64,000 bases of DNA from Enoplolaimus lenunculus (taxonomy: Eukaryota), in contig JASANG010002365.1 in assembly GCA_030248215.1 (NCBI GenBank), forward strand, positions 372,001 to 436,000. The letters are read 5' to 3'. Shown piece after piece: positions 52,239 to 64,000 of this stretch (within the stretch, counting starts at the first letter, position 1; the number at the start of each line of letters is the position of its first letter). The notes under the pieces were generated by a model. That model was not told where the DNA came from, searched no databases, and saw only the letters and a list, made by a program, of their open reading frames with translations. Both the position numbers and the translations under genes were made by a program.

Positions 52239-54613
52239 TATTAATGCGAACTGTATAAGCTTCGTGTGTTATTACTGTATGGAACAGAGATAACAACAAT
52301 TTTGTGTGAAAATACCTAACTTTGGTTAAGTTTAAAACTTGGTTGTCCCATATTCTCAAATGCATAAAGATGTTGCCAACCCTGTTAGGGGGGCTAAAAA
52401 TTTTTCAGGAGGGGCATTTAAAGGTTTTCAATGACTTACAAGCAAGGTTAAAAATCTTCTAGGGGGACAAAATTTTTCCAGGACGGGCTGAGCCTCCCTG
52501 GCCTTCTATTGGCTACGGGCCCAATGTTAGGTCTGAGAGCGCTTGCAGGCGTTATTAAAGTTAGTTTCAAACCCTGTGTAGTTTGTGCTAAACTTAATCG
52601 AAATTTGATTGATCTCATTTAGCATAAATGTTAACAATTTTGTGCAATTAGTAATTGCTTTTTGTGAACACAAATCGACTTTGCAGAACACACATTTTTT
52701 CTTTTGTTTTCCTATTTTTTTATATGAGAATTTTCGCAATTTAAATTTTCAAATTCAAATCCAACTAGCGTTCCTACAATAGAGCAATTAGAATGAATTA
52801 TCTATGCTGTTCCAAGCTTACATAATTTAGTGTAATTTTTTTGCGAGCGAGCACAGCGCAAGAGAAAATGTTTCTCTGACCTTTGCAAGTTATTCTACAG
52901 CCTGTAAATATGAGTTTTCCGAGTCTTTCTTGGATTTTTGAGCGAGATATATTTGCCCTTTCTCCTCTCGTATACACGTCTCTGAGGGACAGTTTAACCC
53001 GAGTGTGCTTAATTTTAGCTATGCAGTTTCTATTTTTAAGTCGTTGACGCTTAGGCGAGTTATATTTTTAAGAAAATGAGCTGCAGTAAACAACGTTACA
53101 TATTCAATGGGTGGGTGATAAAGGGAGTAATTATATTCAGACAGGTTTAAGATGAAAATTTCCGGGATAATTTCTAAGACCAAATAGGTAGAAAACCAAG
53201 ACAAACCTAGGTAATTTGTAAACCAGCTGACCTGTTATGCCAGTCACCAACTCATGCACTGCGAGCACACGAGCGCAGGAGCACTCGGGGCATTGAAACT
53301 TCAATGTTGTATAAATTCAGCTCAGAACTCTCACCTGAGAATGCTTTCGCAATCGTGAATTCTGGGTTTCAACTTCAGCTCTTGCTTTAAATGATATGTA
53401 GCTACCATCAGAGTGGAACGCGGATATGATTTTTTACTCGACCCACGCTTTACCTTACCCACGCTAAAAACGCCTACCCACGACACACACATTTTAGCCG
53501 CATCTGAAGTTGAACCTAGTGTTTAAAAGATAGCTGGTGATTTATTCTTTAATGATGTTTTGCGTTATAGCAGCTGTCAATTTTACACATAAAAGCTCTT
53601 ACTAGAAACAACAAAATTTCAACTCCAACTAAATAAAGCACAGAAGTTTTGCATATTCATCGCTCACTGCGTAGCTTAGTTAACAGCGTATGTTTTTCAA
53701 CCTTAACTCTTAAAGGTCTGGCGCAGGTAGAAACTGTCGATTTTTGTACCCGCGTGATGCAAACCTTTACTCGCTTGTGCAACCGCGGTTGAAATTAATT
53801 TACCCGACTCACAGGTACCCATCGGTACCTGTGGGTAAAGTTACACTCTGCTTGCGACTAAGTTACCATCCCACATTAAGTATGTGTGTCTGGGCGAGCT
53901 GAGTTTTCGACAACCTTCCAAGACAGTGGACGCACTGGTAAATCTTACAGGTGACACACAGATTTCACTTTAAATTAAAATTATACGGTTTTCGCTTTGT
54001 AGCATTTAACCGGAAAAAATATATACACAAAATTGGTTCATAATTAACAAATGGACATATATGTCAACAAAATAACATTTTCGCTTCTTAACATTTTCGC
54101 TTCTCTACGTTCATGAAATAAATAAAAGTTCACCGCCTACTTTTTAGTTTTTTTTTCAATAGATTAAATTTTATATTTTTATAAAAAAAATTAACGTCAC
54201 ATGTTGGTGGCAGGTTCACAGCTGGGCCTAGGTCAGGCACCCTTATCCGTGAACTACGAAACTTGTTGCGGCTACTGCAACGCGATTTCATAATAAAATT
54301 ACGTCTAAGTTTTAGCTCGCTTTGCTTGCGCTCAAACCTCCTCTTTTACTGTTGCTCTCCTGGTTGCATGGACCGTTATCAATTGACAATTTTGGCTTTG
54401 CGCCTTGTTTGTAAGTTATTTTTGGCCAGAAATTTGAACAGATGTTGGACATTACGAATCTAAATGGTAAGGTGTATTATTAATAACTCAAAATTGTTGC
54501 TTGAAATATGGCAAGCGAGTGAATTGAATAGGACTGTGTTGTGGGTGTTACATGGGCGTATATTATAAAAAGGATAGGAGAGAAAATTATCAGTTTTGTA
54601 GGTTTTAGAATAA

Positions 54614-55182
54614 TGCATCATTCAGGTTGTAGTGCGCTCGCCAATGTCAAAAAATGTCCGACCATTTCAATAGCTAGCTAATAATCAAACACTCTGAAAA
54701 AATAATGTCCAAAATTTTAGCTAGCTATACAAATGACCCACAAAATAAAGCGAAAGGGCAAAAATAGTGTGCAAAAAGCATCACCCGTGTTAAAATACAG
54801 TGTAAATCGTACTTTCACTGTTTAGAAACTGTCGGGTGTAAATTTTTTAATTTTTAAAATTTTAGAATGGATTTATGTTTTGCGAAAAAATTCAAATTTT
54901 GGCGGGAAAACTCAAATATAGGTGGGAAAATTCAAATTTTAGCAGGAAAATCGAAATTCAATTATTATCGGTAAATTCTAATATTGGTGCACGAAAAACA
55001 TAATGCCAAAATGCGCTGCGATTTTTCGTACATGTCCTAAGAATAGCATGCAAGAAAAACACATAAATAGTGAGCAAATTATCATCAAGTGTGTAAAACA
55101 GCTGTAATTTTATTGCTGTTTTCTAATAATAACTTGGACGTTTTTTGGACAATGGCGAGCGCAGTATAACCTGGATGGTGCA
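54614..55182. mobile_element. PIF/Harbinger-like MITE with ~46-bp TIRs
   Basis: TGCATCATTCAGGTTGTAGTGCGCTCGCCAATGTC versus the inverted TGCACCATCCAGGTTATACTGCGCTCGCCATTGTC; 3-bp TSD TAA on both sides. Confidence 0.75.
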
Positions 55183-58100
55183 TAACATCATAGATAAAAA
55201 CGGAAAACAAACTGTAATGATACACTTAGTTGCAAACGAAAATTTTGCATCAAATTATTGATGCCTAAAACGAAATGTTGCCTGCATCAGTTATGACAGC
55301 GGCGCCTGAGGTTTTATAGGTGGGGCTGGTGTGCCATTTGCTGCCCCGCATGGGCCGAAAAATTGGACAAAAATAGAAAGAAAACTGTTTTTCGGTTTAG
55401 AAATTTTTAGCTCAATTTTAAGCTAAAAACTATTTCGGCAGACTGAATATTTAAATTTTATTTTGTTTGTCAATTTTTTGCGATTTATCACTGCGAGCGG
55501 ATAGATTATTTGCATAAAATTGTCGAAATCAACACCAAAATCGCTGAAATGTTGTTTATTTATATAACTGCTATTTTTGTTTCGGTGGTAAGGATTGGTT
55601 TGGACCCCTAAGATGCCCAATGGGATGGTTTTGTCTGTGGGTGTGGGCTACGTCTTTACCGACATACAGGACGACATTTGGTTGACAGTTAAGTACTTGG
55701 TCAAAAATTGCAAAGGTTGAGTGCAGGCAAAATGTTTTGCTAAATACAAAAATTTGTTTATTATTTTGAAATATTTTTCTAAGAATTATTACGTGACAGC
55801 ACCAGTGGTAAATATGTTCGCTCATTAACCACAGTTTTTACAACAGCTGCTGTTATTTGTTTAAAAATAAAATTATTTGGTTCAGATTGAATGCAAAATC
55901 AACATTTTAGGCATATTTTTGATAAAACCTGTTGCGAACTAAATAGCGTAATTCTGGTTACTCTCCAGGTTTAAATAACTTGCGTTGGTTTACTAGCAGA
56001 AAAATCCATGGCGTTTAATAAAGTAAGCAGGCACGTAGTCTAAGATGGGTAGGCCTTCTATCAGAGGCGGGTCGAAAAATTCTTGACGTGGGGCGGGTTG
56101 CTGGCAATGGAACACAAAAATTGTAAAGGTAAAGAGGGACTTTACCATTTTATCGCCAAAAAATTTGTTAGGGACTTAAAGCGTTTGGAGTAGTTACAAA
56201 TTAATTTTACGTGCGCTTATATTAGACAACAAGTATGGCTGTTAGTCATATGTACAAATAGCCTTGCAAGTCGAATTTATCCTTCATCACTATCAGAACT
56301 GTTAATTCGTAGCTTATCTTTGAAATTTATTGCAGTCGTCTGCAAATTATTTGTACTAGTCAATGTGGTTGCAGATTTGCAATCCCAAAATATTCCTCAC
56401 AAAACTTTTTAAGGATGTGTTCTAATTTGCATATATGTACTCTCTTGCGTTTATATGAAACAATCATTGAAACCGCTGGAACGCTGCCCAAAATAAAAAA
56501 AAATGTGGATCGTTCCACACACAGAAAACATTTTCTGATATTCAAGAAATATTTCCTTAAATTTAGCACAATTATGCCTTAATCTAGACTCCATATATAT
56601 GTCTTGAATGCAAGACATTAGTTTCTGAAACTTCAAAAATAACAAGACAAACATTTCTGACATACAAGATAAAGATGTCTGAAATATAACACAAATATTT
56701 CTGAAATAAAAGACTTCTTTTGCTGTTTTTAAGACATATATGTCTTAGAAACAAGATTTGCCAGAGAAATCGCCTTCAAAATTGGGAGTTAAGCTCAGCC
56801 AAATTCCCTAATTTCAAAACCCTAAGATAAGTCCAAGATGTAAACTTAGGTTGGTGGAGCCTGAGCTCAACCCGAAATATCTTTGAAATTCGATTATTTA
56901 TAACTACTCTTAATAATATAAACAGAGTAACTTTTTTACAAATATAAACATCAGAAAATAAATTCTTGAATATAAAACAACTATTTCTTGAAAGAAAGAA
57001 CTTTGTTTCTTATAAATTGTAAATAGTAATTTCTTGAATATAAGACATTTATGTTTTATCCATGTCAGATACAAAGTTCTGACCCGTTTAAGGTTATTAA
57101 TGTCTGAAATACATGATATTAATGTCTTGAAAATTTAAGAAAGTTGAAGTATTGAAATTTCAAGACAATTTATTTTGTGTGCAGCTTTAATATGAGATAA
57201 ATTCATGTCATGATTTAGAATAAAGATGATGTTTCTTTGCAAACACTAATATCTCAGAATTCGTTCAGAAGCAATCGACAACATGTATTCCGATTGGCCA
57301 ATTTAAACGCAGGGGCAAAAAACTCAATCGACTTGCAGCTGCTTTTACTTGTGCGAATTAAATTTAATAACACGAATTCCAGTGAATAATTTGCAGCTGC
57401 AAGAACTTCGAAAGTCCGTGGACAGATCGAATCTTTCATTCGCATGTTTTGAAATGAGCAAAACTATTCTTATAGTTCAGAAATATTTGGCTTAAATGTT
57501 AATGAAAAATCAGAAATTGCAGTATGGAATTCAAGACGTATATGCCTGAAGTCTTAACTAAGACATAATTGTCTGAAATTTTAGAGAATGTTTCTTAAAT
57601 ATAAGACAGTTTGTTTTGTGCATATACAGATCTTAAATATGAAAAAACTTTAAATTTTATTCCAAAAAATCATTGTACTAAAATTGGTACAATACAGCGA
57701 GGATAATTAAGATGATACCCTGTAAATCCCAGTGAGTTGATTTTAAATCAGTATGAGTTGAATCACTCAATCTGAGTTAGGACATTCAGAATACAGAATT
57801 TTGAGTCAGCAAAACTCACTCTGGCATAATTATCCAACTTACGCGGAATATCAACTCAACTTAGAGTGAGTTGATGTTTTCTGTTATTAACTCAGAAACA
57901 ACTAACTCTCTAGCCGAGATGGATAATCAACTCATTGGAATTTACAGTGTACTCCTCGATGAGAAGTTTTCAAATCAGTCATATTTGAAAATTTTCCAAT
58001 GTCCCAGTTAAAAACTCTAGACCTACATTATGTGATGCTGCAATATATTGCGGATGATGCATAATCCAACAGTCTCAATGCGCTTTATTTGAATTGTTTA

Positions 58101-60591
58101 ATATCAGGATGCAACCGGACTTGAAAAATACCGGAGCAGGGGTCAACAAAATTCGCCAGAGTCGAAGCCGGAGGTGAAGCTGGAGTCGAGGCGAAATTAG
58201 GCAGTTAAACTGATGTTTAATTTGTTAATTTTAGCAAATATCTGTATGTTAAATAATCGTTTGGTTTTAACGCTTATTTTTTACAAAATCTCGACACAAT
58301 TCCTTCGTGAACATTGCGCTAAAAGTTAAAACGAAACGCACCAAACAGATAAATTTTGTAAACCAATGCAAAATTTGACAATTATCGAAAATTGTCGTCA
58401 TCGCCGGCAAAAATGCGTCCGGAACCGGAAGTCGATTTTCTGCCGGAGTCCGATGCAACTAAAACAAAAATATTTCCTAAAAATAAATCATACAGAAACA
58501 AAAGTTTATAAATATTATTTTTAGATCACCATAGTAAACAACATTATTAATTCCCTATAAACCCCATCAAAATAATAAATAATAACAATAAAATGTTCAG
58601 GCCTCGAAGACGCCTAGGCTTTCAAATACCGTTTGCCAGTGTTAATATTTCGTTACATTTTGCTACACTTTTGTTTATCTTGAAAGCTGCTTCGGTAAGT
58701 GTGTTGAGGTATAAGTTGCTTAAAGATTTAAGCTTTGCGATTGAGATTAACCAAATCTGCATATTTTTGTATAATATTTACCGATGACAGCTTATTAACA
58801 TTCGAGGAAAAACGAGGACAATCAACAAAATCAAATGTTAATATTAAGTCTAAATTCGTTTCTAGATATCATATTGAGAAAAATAATATTTTTCAACGCT
58901 AAATAGTTTACCATCTTTATTTTGAATATTATAAAATACGTAAGCTGCCGAATTAAAGGTTTGTGCATACGTGTTGTAAACTAATGCGCTGATTGGCTGA
59001 GCTACGACCGCTTCAAGGTATTAATTTAATAGTCATACTGTACTTATTGATGGGTCATCCACGTTATAATGCGCGCGCTAATGTAATAATTTGTCCAACC
59101 ACCCGGTAGGGAACTGGGTACAAATCGAAGCTGCAACTAACGAGTAGGTACAATTTTATGCGTTATGTAGACACTATTACTTGTCTCGACTCTGTCCGAA
59201 GGCAGTCGGGACAAAAGGTAAAAAATTAGGCAAACTAAATAAGTGTATATATGTATTTGTGTTGTTGTTATGTATGATTGCAATGTTGTTATGTATGTTT
59301 GCGATGCTATATGAACACAGTGCAATATGTCTACGTCCTCGTTAGGGACTACCGGACTTTATAGTGGTCTCGTAAGAGTGCTAAAACGACATCGGGCCTT
59401 ACTCAGACACAGATATTAACGATTTAGTATACCATGACATTCGAAGCATTTGCTTATAACCAGATTCCAATGCAAATGTTCAATGATGTGAACCTCAAAT
59501 TAAAATATTACACCTGTAAGTACGTCAAACATGTAAAACTTTACAAATAACCAGGGTACAACCGGAGCTCTGCCTCCAGATCTGGCTTTGGCAGAAAATC
59601 GACCACCGACTCCGACCTGGGATTCGGTAGAATTTTTGTCGGAGGTTTCGGTAATTTCGGTAGTGAAATTTTGCATAGGTGGACAAAATTTATCTCTTTC
59701 CAGTGATCTGTTTTAACTTTTGGCACAATTTTAAGGAAAGAATTTGCCGATATTTTGTAAAAAATGGGAGTAGAACCAAACGATTTAACAACAACACATT
59801 TCATATATTTGCTAAAAGTAACGAATTAAACATCATTTTAACTACCTAATTTCGCCTCACCTTCGGCTTCATCTCCGGCTCCGGCTCTTGTATTTTTCAC
59901 CTCCGGTTGTACGCTGCTAATAACACCATAATATGTAGCGGTAAACAAACAAGTATGGATGCAGTAGCGGATCCAGAAATTTCTAATTATTACCGTCTCT
60001 ATAAAGCAACTAGAAGATATCCCTATACTATATATTTATTTATTTATTAATTTATTACCCACATCAAAGGATGCCACCTGGGCGATGTAAGACATATTGC
60101 CTCCTACTTAGAACAGATATAAACCATATCAACCCGAGGGCTGATAAGTTTAAAATCGGCCCTATGGCTGATAATTTAATATCGACCCTAGGGCTGATAT
60201 TAAACTTATCAGCCCTCGGGCTGATATTCAACTATGGGTAATAAATATAATATCGCCCAAAAAGCGCGGCAATAACAGTCATATTGCCCGCAGCCGTCAT
60301 ATGCAACATTTGAACAACCTCCGTCCACTCATCTCTCGGCAACGACTCGAGCTTTGTGCCCTAGGGCAGTTAAAATGCATTTACTTAAACACCCATGGTC
60401 AGTTCCATGATCTCGACCTTCGGCCTCGAGCCGTTGGAACCGCCCTTGGTGTCTTCAATTAACACTTTTAAAACTGCCCTGGTGCCCTCGGTTGTGTACA
60501 AACGTTGCATATAACACCCTCGGGCAGCACAACAGTTATCGCCCTGCTTTCAGCAGCGCGATATAAATCCATATATATATATATATAAATT

Positions 60592-60689
<98 letters not shown>

Positions 60690-62306
60690 CTGAAAACTAA
60701 TTTTGACGGATATTTTGATCCACATCAGGTGAATATTATAAACAATAACGTGAATACTGAACTTTTACTGAAAAAAACCCCAATAAAACGCCTATTTTAA
60801 CATTTAAAAGTATAACAACAAAAATAAGTTAAAAATAGCAAATTCTTTGAATTTGAATCTTGTCGACATGAAACCGTTCGATAAGAAAATAACGAATATT
60901 TACACCTGAACTTTTAGAACAAAAACAACCTCATTGTCTGATCATCGAATTACACGGACTGCATAAAAGGTTCGTTTGGGATATACGGGATTTTCGCAGG
61001 TTTTACAGGAGTGGCAAATTTTTATCAACGGGAGTCGCAAATTTTCTAGACGTGACGATATCTCTTATACCCGTTTAGCTTATTTAGCTATGTCCAAATG
61101 TCATATTAATATATTTATGACTTCAATAGTTTCGTTGAAAAGAGTGGATTATTACAGGAGTGTGTGACTTACTTGAAGGGTTGTGCGTAGTACAAAATGT
61201 ATCCACACTCGTAGTTTTACCCTACGCTATCACTTTGAGGGGGTCAGTCTAAACCTTAAATTTTGTTCAAAACATAAGCGGGCAACTGTGCAGCGCATAG
61301 AATACAATATTTGACCCGTTAAATAAGAGGGAGGGGTAGGCCAAACACGCGACGTGCGCTGAGTTCATTTTTTCTACACATAATGTACCCAGTTGTATGC
61401 TCTTGTTAAAGAGTATCACTCACTCTTGGTTTCAAAGCAACTGTGAAAAATTAATTATACACATTCAAATTAATTATTGTTATTCGCTTTAAATTGAACA
61501 ATATACTACCTAAATTATCGCACATACAACACAACCTGGTTAAATAAATTCCAAAGCTTCAAGTTCAATCAAGAGTTGTACTTTACCTTAACGTAGAGGT
61601 TAGTCTTACCAAGAGTGGATGATGTATACTTTAGCAAGAGTATGCAACTGGGTACATCCTGTGTAGAAATGAATGTACCCGGCACGTGTTTCGTTTTTGG
61701 CCTACGCCCCCTTCATTTAGAGGAGGGGTGCAACCTGTGCGAACCATGATACTTTATGTATGCGGCAAGAAAAATGAATCGCTTATAGTTTAATTTAGGT
61801 TTCTTGCAAGTGACAACGAGCAGCCTCTAAACAAAGGGGAGTCGGCCAAAAACGCAACGCCCGGAGGTACATTTTGTACCGAGCGAAACCGCAAGAGAGT
61901 GTTACACAACAAAATTGCACTTCGTGTAGGCTGAGAGCACAAGATTGCATTTCTGCGTATACTGAAAATTATATCTGAAATCTTATACACACGTTTTAGC
62001 AACGTTTCAAATCAAATTTTAAACTCTACCTGACCTTATTATATATTTTAAATACCAACCTGACATTTTGAAAATCAAATTGTCAAAATTTTCTCAAAAA
62101 TTAATAATTTTTGCTTACACAAAAGGAGACTGCGTGCAGTATTAAATTTTATGTCAACGAAATGCTTCAGAAAAACTGGCTGGTTTAGTTTTAAACTCAA
62201 GCTCAACCCGAGGCTAATAAGCAAACGACGCTGTGTGTCTATGGGTGCCGGCTCGTGAATGGAGTTCTTTTCGTCAAAACACAAACTCGAATTTCTGGGA
62301 CACTTT

Positions 62307-62753
62307 CTGTATTGACCCGAATAAGAGGGGGACACTGATATTTATTTGGCCTCTCCAGAGGGTACCACCCCCTTCTTATTCGGTTACGGACTGTTATTTA
62401 TTTTTAACCTACGCTCAGTCGCCCTTCGTTACTGATATATATCCGGTACTGCAATTATCCTTTGAATTAAACATTTATTTGTCTTGTATCAAAGACTTGA
62501 GCGTTGATACAAGGATATACTTAGGAATATACTTTCAAAATTTAAGTACGCTTTAAAGGTTTGAAGTCAAATTATTTGGTGCTGGAGTCATTAATGCGCT
62601 GCAATTAGGGATAATTGACACATATGGACTCTAATTAAGGTTTATCAACTCTATCCGCTTACGGACTCTTATTAGGGATACAGACTCCTATTGATTGGGA
62701 CTCAAAATGGGGACCCCCCTCTTATTACCCACCTCTTATTCGGGTCAATACAG
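62307..62753. mobile_element. Family A MITE with perfect 22-bp TIRs
   Basis: CTGTATTGACCCGAATAAGAGG at both ends, in inverted orientation. Confidence 0.85.
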
Positions 62754-63471
62754 TACGCTCTAATTTGAAAACGGTAAAATTTAAGTATTTGAAAACATTT
62801 GATAATTTGCTAAATTCAATCCATAAAATGAAAATAATTTTTCTTAAAATCAACTGAAAGTTAGCGAGTTTACCTTCTGCTTGTTAAATCGGCTAATAAA
62901 AATATTACAGTTTGGATGAATTGTTGTTTTGCGCTTATAAAGCTTTAACGGCGATCGGACAAACAGTTATTCTATGATACTAAAAGACTACAATCTAAAA
63001 AGTTAAACTTAAATTATAGCTTAACTAAACTTGAATATTAGTGTAAGTAAAACTCAAATGGCTGGACGTACTAACAAAACTGCCATTTAAAGTTTTGCTT
63101 AAACTAACATATTTTTAAGTTTAACACGAGTTTAAGTAAACTTATTTTTGGTCTAAGTAACAAATTCAGCCCAGAAATTATATGTATCGAATAATATATT
63201 AAGCTTGGCTTAAACTAAAAACATATAAGATTTTAACTTAGCTTAAACGTAAACCTACCTGTTAGTTTAGTTAATCATGAAAGTTAGTTTAGTACTGCTT
63301 GATTAGCTTAAGCTTAAATCAAGATTGTTTAAGCGTTTAGAGTGTAAAACTCGCTGTGAACGTTTATTATGCATACGTTTATAATTCTTCAAAATTAGAA
63401 TATATTTTTATTTTCGTTTAATTTGTTTATTTTATTTTTAAATTGTATAATATTTTTTATGATATTTTCAG

Positions 63472-63493
63472 AACTTGGTGTTGGCTATCGAAG
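63472..63493 (+). other. Candidate 22-nt microexon of a plus-strand gene
   Basis: Long T-rich tract, then gatattttcag|AACTTGGTGTTGGCTATCGAAG|gtaagc, with near-consensus acceptor and donor. Confidence 0.45.
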
Positions 63494-64000
63494 GTAAGCT
63501 CGATATATGTGTATTTTAATTGTTTGGGTAATAATTTTGTTATTTGTAATGTTTAATAATTGCAAGTTTTGGTCGTGGCTGTGACTGCAAGATTTGTGTT
63601 TTAAGCGATAGTGCAAACTTTATAATATGACACAACCGCGTCAAACACATACATAATTTACAGCATTTACAGTGCACATTTTCTCAAATGTGTATAGCAT
63701 CTATCACCAGTTAGCGATTGGTTTTCAAACGAAGTCACTCGTGCAACTTTGGATTTCAATAATGACACAGAAGTAAATTAAAGAAAATAATTGCGAAAAG
63801 TGTGCTGGAGTTATAACCGCATCATTCATTGGGCAGAAAACTGCAAGACCTGTCACCAACTGGTGTAAGCTGCTATACTGTAAATTTCAATGAGTTGATT
63901 AATCCATTGAGCTAGCGAGTGAGTTATTTCTGAATTAATATCAGTAAGCATTATCTCACTCTGAGTTAAGTTGACTCTGAGTGAGTTGATTAATTAACTC

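Overview
AT-rich, repeat-dense eukaryotic (animal, invertebrate-like) genomic DNA with spliceosomal GT-AG introns; it is not prokaryotic and has no CRISPR array, rRNA or operon. Two spliced protein-coding genes can be assembled by eye, both on the minus strand. (1) The 5' part of a gene for a probably N-myristoylated protein (MGGSNS...) with a Ser/Asn-rich N-terminus and one fibronectin type III domain (coding exons 2535-1977, 1335-1235, 448-7, running off the left edge). (2) A complete 180-aa insulin-superfamily prepropeptide (exons 38634-38463 and 37543-37173) with eight mature-chain cysteines rather than six and a ~100-aa C-region with several basic cleavage sites; a TATA+Inr candidate promoter lies near 44.24 kb. 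A plus-strand gene may begin near 54.4 kb, with a 22-nt microexon at 63472. Most of the rest is short non-autonomous transposons, classed here only by their termini and target-site duplications (TSDs): GG-ended 8-bp-TSD (Merlin-like) elements carrying TTAGGC telomere-type arrays, TA-TSD Tc1/mariner-like and CACTG-ended elements, hAT-like, P-like (7-bp TSD), piggyBac-like (carrying a tRNA-derived Pol III promoter) and Harbinger-like elements. There is also a 696-bp solo LTR nested in a MITE, a tRNA-derived sequence, and several mini- and microsatellites. No autonomous transposase or reverse-transcriptase ORF was seen. The organism cannot be identified from this window, and novelty cannot be established without database searches.
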